From NCBI GenBank assembly GCA_018675335.1, contig JABGYH010000001.1, positions 162,908-186,907 on the forward strand: DNA of 24,000 bases, given 5' to 3'. Each line of letters begins with the position of its first letter. Within the stretch, counting starts at the first letter, position 1. The stretch comes from Candidatus Woesearchaeota archaeon. Its GTDB lineage: Archaea; Nanobdellota; Nanobdellia; Woesearchaeales; UBA11576. The notes beneath the pieces were generated by a model. That model made no database searches. It saw nothing but the letters and a program-made list of their open reading frames with translations, and had not been told where the DNA came from. Positions 19,601-24,000 of the stretch are shown one piece after another. A program made the translations under genes and the position numbers.

Positions 19601-22600
19601 TGATAAAAAATCCAATTTGCAAAATCATAATTATATTGATATGTTTCAGTTTTTTCATCTCCAAAAATAGCAATATTTCCAACATAATTTATTTGAATAA
19701 CATTACCGTATGAATCGTATTCGTATTCAGTAGCAGTAATATGTGGTCCATTAGAATCTCCATCATAAATGCGAACTGTTTCATGTTCTAAATTTACTTG
19801 ATATATCCCATTTTCTTCAGATACCCCAAATGTTCTTTCAACTTTTTGATATGGATCAGTTGATGGTAATTCTTCAATCAAAGTAAAATATTCTCGTCCT
19901 TTTTTTGCTTTGTCTTGATGAAATTTGTGTTCAATTCTATTATATGCTCCACCAGGATATTCATTTACTTCTTTAACAATTTCAAAGCCCATAAATTCAC
20001 CATGTTCTGAATCATATTTACCATTTTCATAAAAATAACTTTTAATTTCATAAACTTGTTTAGAACCGGATAAACCATTATTTTTAGTAATATAATTTAC
20101 AACCCATCCATTAAAACTTAAATCACTAATATCATCAGATCCAGTGTTATCTAAACTCGGAATATTTTTATAATTAATATTAGTTGTTCCACCCATTGCA
20201 CTTTTTACAGTTTTTAACAAATTTTGTTTCCCATAATTATTAATCCAAGTTTTTCTTTCGCTAGACGAAGAACTTGCAGCTTTTACAATATCAGGCATCC
20301 CATCACCATTAACATCAGCAATTGTGGTAGTCATATTAAATTGAACTTCGTTAGGAATATCCCAATTAAAATTTTCTTCCCAGCCAATACCTCGATTTAA
20401 CCATACTTGTTCTTCATCCTTATTTTTTTTCAAAATATCTACAAAACCATCCCCATTAATATCAACTAGTTGAACTCCGTGATGTTTTTTTTGTTTTACA
20501 AAAAATATGTCTTCAGGTAAATCCCAAACTTCTTGTTCACCCCAACCATCACCAGTATTAAGCCATGTTTCTCTATAAAAATTTGCAGCCCAAACTAAAT
20601 CAACAAGACCATCTCCATTAACATCTGCAAGTCGTTTTCCTTCGTCTTCCCCATCACTTCCAACAAAATCATATATGTTAAAATTTAAACTCCAATCAGA
20701 TGTTGTAGTCCAACCAGATTCGAGATTAAGATATCTTGTAAATAATGGATATCCAGTAATAATATCTGTTCGTCCATCACCATTTAAATCTGCAAGTCTT
20801 ATCCCATTGTCAACCATATGAGCATCCACTGAACATTTTATTTGATATGAATCAACATCAATTACGTCAGCTTCATAAACTTCTAATGTAAGAAATTCTG
20901 CTTTATTCAAATATACTTCAGAATCATCACAAGGTTGATCATAACCTAACGCTTCATACCAACTACTTTCAAGATCCCAATCAGGATCTTCATAATAACC
21001 TGATTGAACTTTTGCTTTAGTTGATTGATCTTCACAGCCATAACCGCAAATATTATCTAAAGAACTTGTATGACAAATTTCCCATTCAGGAGCGCAATAA
21101 GCTTCAAAATCTGAATTTGCAAAATGAGTTTTAGTACTTGTAGCAAAATCATCATTTGCAGATTCTTTAGCAAATAAATAATCATATTGAAAATCTCCAG
21201 ATTCAAATGGAGGATATAATTCACCATACCAATGTTTAGTTACGCCCATAGGAGGAACAGTTGCTAACCAAGAGTCTTCATCAAAAGAAGGAGTGTAGAT
21301 TGTTGCAAAAATAATTCCATCTCCATCAGTGGAAGAATCTCCAGAATAACATTCATCATCATTAACTTCTAAGTCAACATCGTTAGGAGTATCCACAATA
21401 AATTTATAACATTTAGATCCGGAAGTTGGTTTATATGATCCTGCATAATCTTTTATTTCACTATCTCCTGCTTCAGAATAGCCAGTAGATGTTTCTTCAA
21501 AAACTAAATTCCAATCAGCATCGCAAACTTCTATATTATTTCCCTCACAAGTTCTAGCACAATAATAATTATTACATTCAACTCCTTGATTTGAACCCAT
21601 TTCACAATCCGCAGGATCACATTCATCATAATTACTTAATTCAATAAAAGATATATCAGACAATAAAGAAGGAATACTTATTGTTGAAAAATCATCACCA
21701 TCATTAAGACGCATTCCTTTAAAAATAGTTGATCCTTCAACTGCCTTAAACAAATCTATTTTTCCATCCCCATTAAAATCACCAAACCTAACACCTAAAT
21801 CCCTATTATCGTCATCAACAAATCCCCCCTCAATTATTGGTGGATAAACTTGTGAATATGAATTAAATCCAAGCCCATTATTTTTCCAAACATTAGTTTG
21901 AGAAGAAGTTGTTTTTACTAAATCATTAAGTCCATCTCCATTTATGTCAAATAGCCTAACGCCCCTATCATTAATTTCTCCAAATTGTGCGCCATTAGGA
22001 ACTTTCCAAGAATTATCTAGAGTCCAACCAGGTTCATTATCAAAATAATCAAACTCAACATCATTATAATAAACTGATCCACCTTCGCCATATTCAGTTA
22101 TTTTTGTTAGTAATTTTGTTTTATCTTCAGTTGAGTATTCAAGATCATATCGTTTAATAATATTTGCATCATAATTACTTCTAATATCAATATGATCAAC
22201 CAATACTGATTCAAAAACTTTTGTTCCATATTTATATCCATTAAATCCAATATGCGAATCAAAATCATACATAAAAGTTATTGAATATTGTCCATAACTA
22301 ATTTTTGTTAATACGGGCTCATCATACAACCAAGGAACTGATAAATAAGTATAATAAATTTTATTTGAGTGTACATCTTCAATTTCTTTTAAAAACCATC
22401 TTGAAGTGTAATCTTCCAAAACTGATTCTTGTTTTGTGGTGTCAGATCCCCCAAAAGTATATTTTACTCCATCTTTAGTTTTTAATGTCCATTGCTCAGA
22501 AGATGAACTATACAATGCCAATAAATAACTATCATATTCAGTTTTATACCCTCCTTCAGAAGAATCATAAATAAGTTTAGTATCACTTCCACCCATAATT

Positions 22601-22965
22601 AAATGATATTCGTCATCAGTCGTGTCAGATCTAGTTGAATTTGTATCTCTATATATTACAAAATCATTTAGTGACCAACCAATTCCAACTTTACCAGAAT
22701 ATTTTGATTGATGATTATAGTTTAATGAAACTGACGGTTGAAAACCATTTATGCCTGGCAAACCATTAATAGAATAAGAATAAGTAGCAGAACCAGTAAA
22801 CAAATTATTTGTAAACGTCCCATCCGAACTTAACTGCTCAGTCTGTACTGATTTTGGTTCAGTATAAGTCAGGGGATTATCTGCAATTGCTACAGGAGAT
22901 AACAATATCAAAGCTATCATCAATATTGTTACAGGCATTGTTAGTTTTGTTTTGTTTAGTTTCAT
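16684..22965 (-). CDS. giant secreted SpvB/RHS-type protein (2093 aa) without an RHS core
   Basis: Signal-peptide-like N-terminus. SpvB-like GSATYSYSINGLPGINGFQPSVSLNYNHQSKYSGKVGIGWSL. Multiple D-[VLIF]-NGDG propeller repeats and many YEYDxxGxxxxxxxx repeats. Cys-rich modules and a Ser/Lys/Asn-rich tail follow. Confidence 0.93.
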   Translation of the reverse strand: MKLNKTKLTMPVTILMIALILLSPVAIADNPLTYTEPKSVQTEQLSSDGTFTNNLFTGSATYSYSINGLPGINGFQPSVSLNYNHQSKYSGKVGIGWSLNDFVIYRDTNSTRSDTTDDEYHLIMGGSDTKLIYDSSEGGYKTEYDSYLLALYSSSSEQWTLKTKDGVKYTFGGSDTTKQESVLEDYTSRWFLKEIEDVHSNKIYYTYLSVPWLYDEPVLTKISYGQYSITFMYDFDSHIGFNGYKYGTKVFESVLVDHIDIRSNYDANIIKRYDLEYSTEDKTKLLTKITEYGEGGSVYYNDVEFDYFDNEPGWTLDNSWKVPNGAQFGEINDRGVRLFDINGDGLNDLVKTTSSQTNVWKNNGLGFNSYSQVYPPIIEGGFVDDDNRDLGVRFGDFNGDGKIDLFKAVEGSTIFKGMRLNDGDDFSTISIPSLLSDISFIELSNYDECDPADCEMGSNQGVECNNYYCARTCEGNNIEVCDADWNLVFEETSTGYSEAGDSEIKDYAGSYKPTSGSKCYKFIVDTPNDVDLEVNDDECYSGDSSTDGDGIIFATIYTPSFDEDSWLATVPPMGVTKHWYGELYPPFESGDFQYDYLFAKESANDDFATSTKTHFANSDFEAYCAPEWEICHTSSLDNICGYGCEDQSTKAKVQSGYYEDPDWDLESSWYEALGYDQPCDDSEVYLNKAEFLTLEVYEADVIDVDSYQIKCSVDAHMVDNGIRLADLNGDGRTDIITGYPLFTRYLNLESGWTTTSDWSLNFNIYDFVGSDGEDEGKRLADVNGDGLVDLVWAANFYRETWLNTGDGWGEQEVWDLPEDIFFVKQKKHHGVQLVDINGDGFVDILKKNKDEEQVWLNRGIGWEENFNWDIPNEVQFNMTTTIADVNGDGMPDIVKAASSSSSERKTWINNYGKQNLLKTVKSAMGGTTNINYKNIPSLDNTGSDDISDLSFNGWVVNYITKNNGLSGSKQVYEIKSYFYENGKYDSEHGEFMGFEIVKEVNEYPGGAYNRIEHKFHQDKAKKGREYFTLIEELPSTDPYQKVERTFGVSEENGIYQVNLEHETVRIYDGDSNGPHITATEYEYDSYGNVIQINYVGNIAIFGDEKTETYQYNYDFANWIFYQPTEHKIFDSSDQLLLHKYYEYNNKDLIYESQVNLDGGENIAVSYDYDSHGNLISVISPNEHETEYEYDSTFTYMIKETNPLDQEINYVYDYSTGQLSSVTDPNGNSVNYVYDAFGRKIKEIRQGDSTISPSIEYIYEVNGIAPESVITKVKENSLGTFDSYMYYGGFGRLIETRTESENNQWILNQYHYDNMGRLSSEENPVLFSSPNFGNFVSYNIETIYEYDPVGRIVKLTHPDGSEINMEYDKLTISIYDQNNVRHDYVKDAYGNIKQVIEYDEGEQYVTNYEYDSLGRLLKVIDDQNNEINYEYDTFGRRITAITPNSGTWNYVYDLEGNLIEQQDDEGNIVTIQYDDLNREISRTADGEMTTYVYDLDKIGTLSSITTSVVEKNYEYDSRLRLTQETQTIDGIDFVTSYTYDNVDRVISKTLPNGELVDYEYNNQGELESISEVLPNIDYDEHGSIVLREYDNSLQTKYDYDSQIHKLEEIKTKNPSTEEVMQDLSYEYDLVLNLLGITDAVNSIEYSMGYDDLNRLMSAEKISEDLDESDTDYNINYAYDSIGNILNALFFDEFDEFIGEIAYTYGANPIHSPSMISIMGDVFDDSVCESQVLEPYCSSESVNEVYADYVQENCEVVSELQEVCEFGCDSGACLSDPCDTVVCDNYCEGYSYYEGSCVVGECEFDLVSLESDACGWSEPICSTDDDCGSDGWLNNLVCDNTYENVYGDFISYTCLSAGTPESTCIENTEYTLKQECEFGCEDGECVAETIETGELKVRVNAFSCEEYYWISPVIVNIYENAETDENNEIITGIDTALLASKTITFNSQNVKFDLEPGFYAVEAIKSGYKDRAVHYGVELQNNLILSITMNPIDPVCSDRNGAGNTPAAQEESKSEKSNSSSTKVQSTRKTKSVSAINPDLIDSRIDSNSAVNSRGVSGDVRAKITKTSKDMRTEYQINNFSHILKNSIHRKDLLI
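17900..19830 (-). other. RHS/YD-repeat region encoded within the 2093-aa protein
   Basis: Dense repeats such as EYDSYGNVIQINY, DYDSHGNLISVIS, VYDAFGRKIKEI, EYDPVGRIVKLTHPDGS, EYDSLGRLLKVID, YDLEGNLIEQQDDEGN. Confidence 0.88.
20225..21970 (-). other. FG-GAP/VCBS-like calcium-type repeats encoded within the 2093-aa protein
   Basis: FDINGDGLNDLVK, FGDFNGDGKIDLF, LADLNGDGRTDII, LADVNGDGLVDLV, LVDINGDGFVDIL, IADVNGDGMPDIV. Confidence 0.88.
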
Positions 22966-22990
22966 TTTTTCAACCGATTTTTTAAATATA

Positions 22991-23016
22991 AATTATTAAA
23001 ATAAATTATTAAAAAC
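22991..23016 (+). repeat. two tandem copies of the 13-mer TAAATTATTAAAA
   Basis: Exact copies at 22991-23003 and 23004-23016 in the short gap between the two RHS-type genes. Confidence 0.75.
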
Positions 23017-23055
23017 ATTTAAAAAACTTAAAAAATTAAAATAACTTAAAAAAAA

Positions 23056-24000
23056 TTATTTAGGAGGAATATAGTAAATTGGTTTTCCCGCATTATCAAA
23101 CAAACCTTTTTCTTTTGTTATTTTTGATTTAAGTATGTCTCCAGTTCCACCAGAGTTAAGCCAAGAGTCATATCTAACATAACCTTTCCATGTCCATTTC
23201 CTAATTGTTTTACCCAAATTTACTGCTTTTTTCAAGTAAGCATTCTCAGATAATTTACCATAGCCATGTTTCCAATAATGATATTTGAAAGAATCCTTTG
23301 CAGTATCAAACGTTCCTTTATTCCATTTCCATGCAGAACTCATCGGAGCTTTCACAACATTATTTCCTGAAAGAACTGTATTTCTTGCAGAAGACGACGT
23401 ACTTTTTCGAATTCCCGCCACAATATCATCCACCGAATTTAATGCTTTTGCATTTTTGTAAGTAACACCGGGCAAAGTTGCACATACTGCCAACAATTCA
23501 TAATCTGACTCAGACAGGGTTTCTTGTGAAAATAAAGTTTGATGTGTAAAAGTAGCCCAAACATCAGAAATATCTCCGCTAACAGGTAACATTTCTAAAG
23601 TATTACCAATAAAATCCATAACAGGTGCAACCGCATCAGCAACAGTGGTGCCAAAATCCATCACTGAATTATATGCATCTCCCGCAACATCTGCAACATA
23701 ATTGGTTGCATCTGTAACAGTATCAACAACTGAGTCCCACATCGCACCAATAGAAAAATGTCCTGATGGATCAATGTATTTGTAGGGATTGTTTTTTACA
23801 TAAGAATATTTATTTAGTGACTGAGGATTATAAACTGAAGGAATTACTGAATCAGGTTGAGTAAATTTTCTTAAAAAAGGATCATAATATCTTGCGCCAT
23901 AATAATAAAGTCCTGTTTTATCAAGTTCTTTTCCAGTGTACAAAAACTTTTCATCCCCTCCAAAAATTACTGCACCAAATGGCAAGTATCTTGTTTCTTC
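23056..24000 (-). CDS. RHS-repeat-associated core protein with variable toxin-like C-terminus (5' end outside the window)
   Basis: The frame is open to the right edge: EETRYLPFGAVIFGGDEKFLYTGKELDKTGLYYYGARYYDPFLRKFTQPDSVIP...NKYSYVKNNPYKYIDPSGHFS. The tracked start at 23985 is an internal TTG, so the gene continues beyond 24000. Confidence 0.93.
   Translation of the reverse strand, partial: EETRYLPFGAVIFGGDEKFLYTGKELDKTGLYYYGARYYDPFLRKFTQPDSVIPSVYNPQSLNKYSYVKNNPYKYIDPSGHFSIGAMWDSVVDTVTDATNYVADVAGDAYNSVMDFGTTVADAVAPVMDFIGNTLEMLPVSGDISDVWATFTHQTLFSQETLSESDYELLAVCATLPGVTYKNAKALNSVDDIVAGIRKSTSSSARNTVLSGNNVVKAPMSSAWKWNKGTFDTAKDSFKYHYWKHGYGKLSENAYLKKAVNLGKTIRKWTWKGYVRYDSWLNSGGTGDILKSKITKEKGLFDNAGKPIYYIPPK

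Noticed and set aside
1-24000. CRISPR array, insertion sequence, phage or plasmid hallmarks
   Set aside because: No regularly spaced repeats, transposase, integrase or phage structural genes seen on reading the sequence and ORF track.

Overview
The window is AT-rich archaeal chromosome, probably a DPANN-type lineage; the lineage is inferred from gene content and style only. Housekeeping genes include the C-terminal part of a CDC48/VCP-like AAA+ ATPase (open at the left edge), a NIF3-family protein, the archaeal GatD/GatE amidotransferase pair, a CNNM/CorC-type CBS membrane protein, TruD and adenylate kinase. Two intron-containing tRNA genes are not in the ORF track. One is tRNA-Thr(UGU), 14104..14210 (+), with one anticodon-loop intron. 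The other is a 218-nt minus-strand gene at 7662..7879 that I reconstruct by hand as tRNA-Arg(CCU) interrupted by three introns (D-loop, anticodon loop 37/38 and T-loop). The right third holds a LysM membrane protein convergent with a tandem pair of large SpvB/RHS-type surface genes. One has 2093 aa with a calcium-type NGDG propeller, YD repeats and Cys-rich modules but no RHS core. The other runs off the right edge and ends in an RHS core plus a variable toxin-like C-terminus. The strongest leads are the three-intron tRNA with a leader/trailer inverted repeat and the tandem RHS locus with no visible immunity gene.
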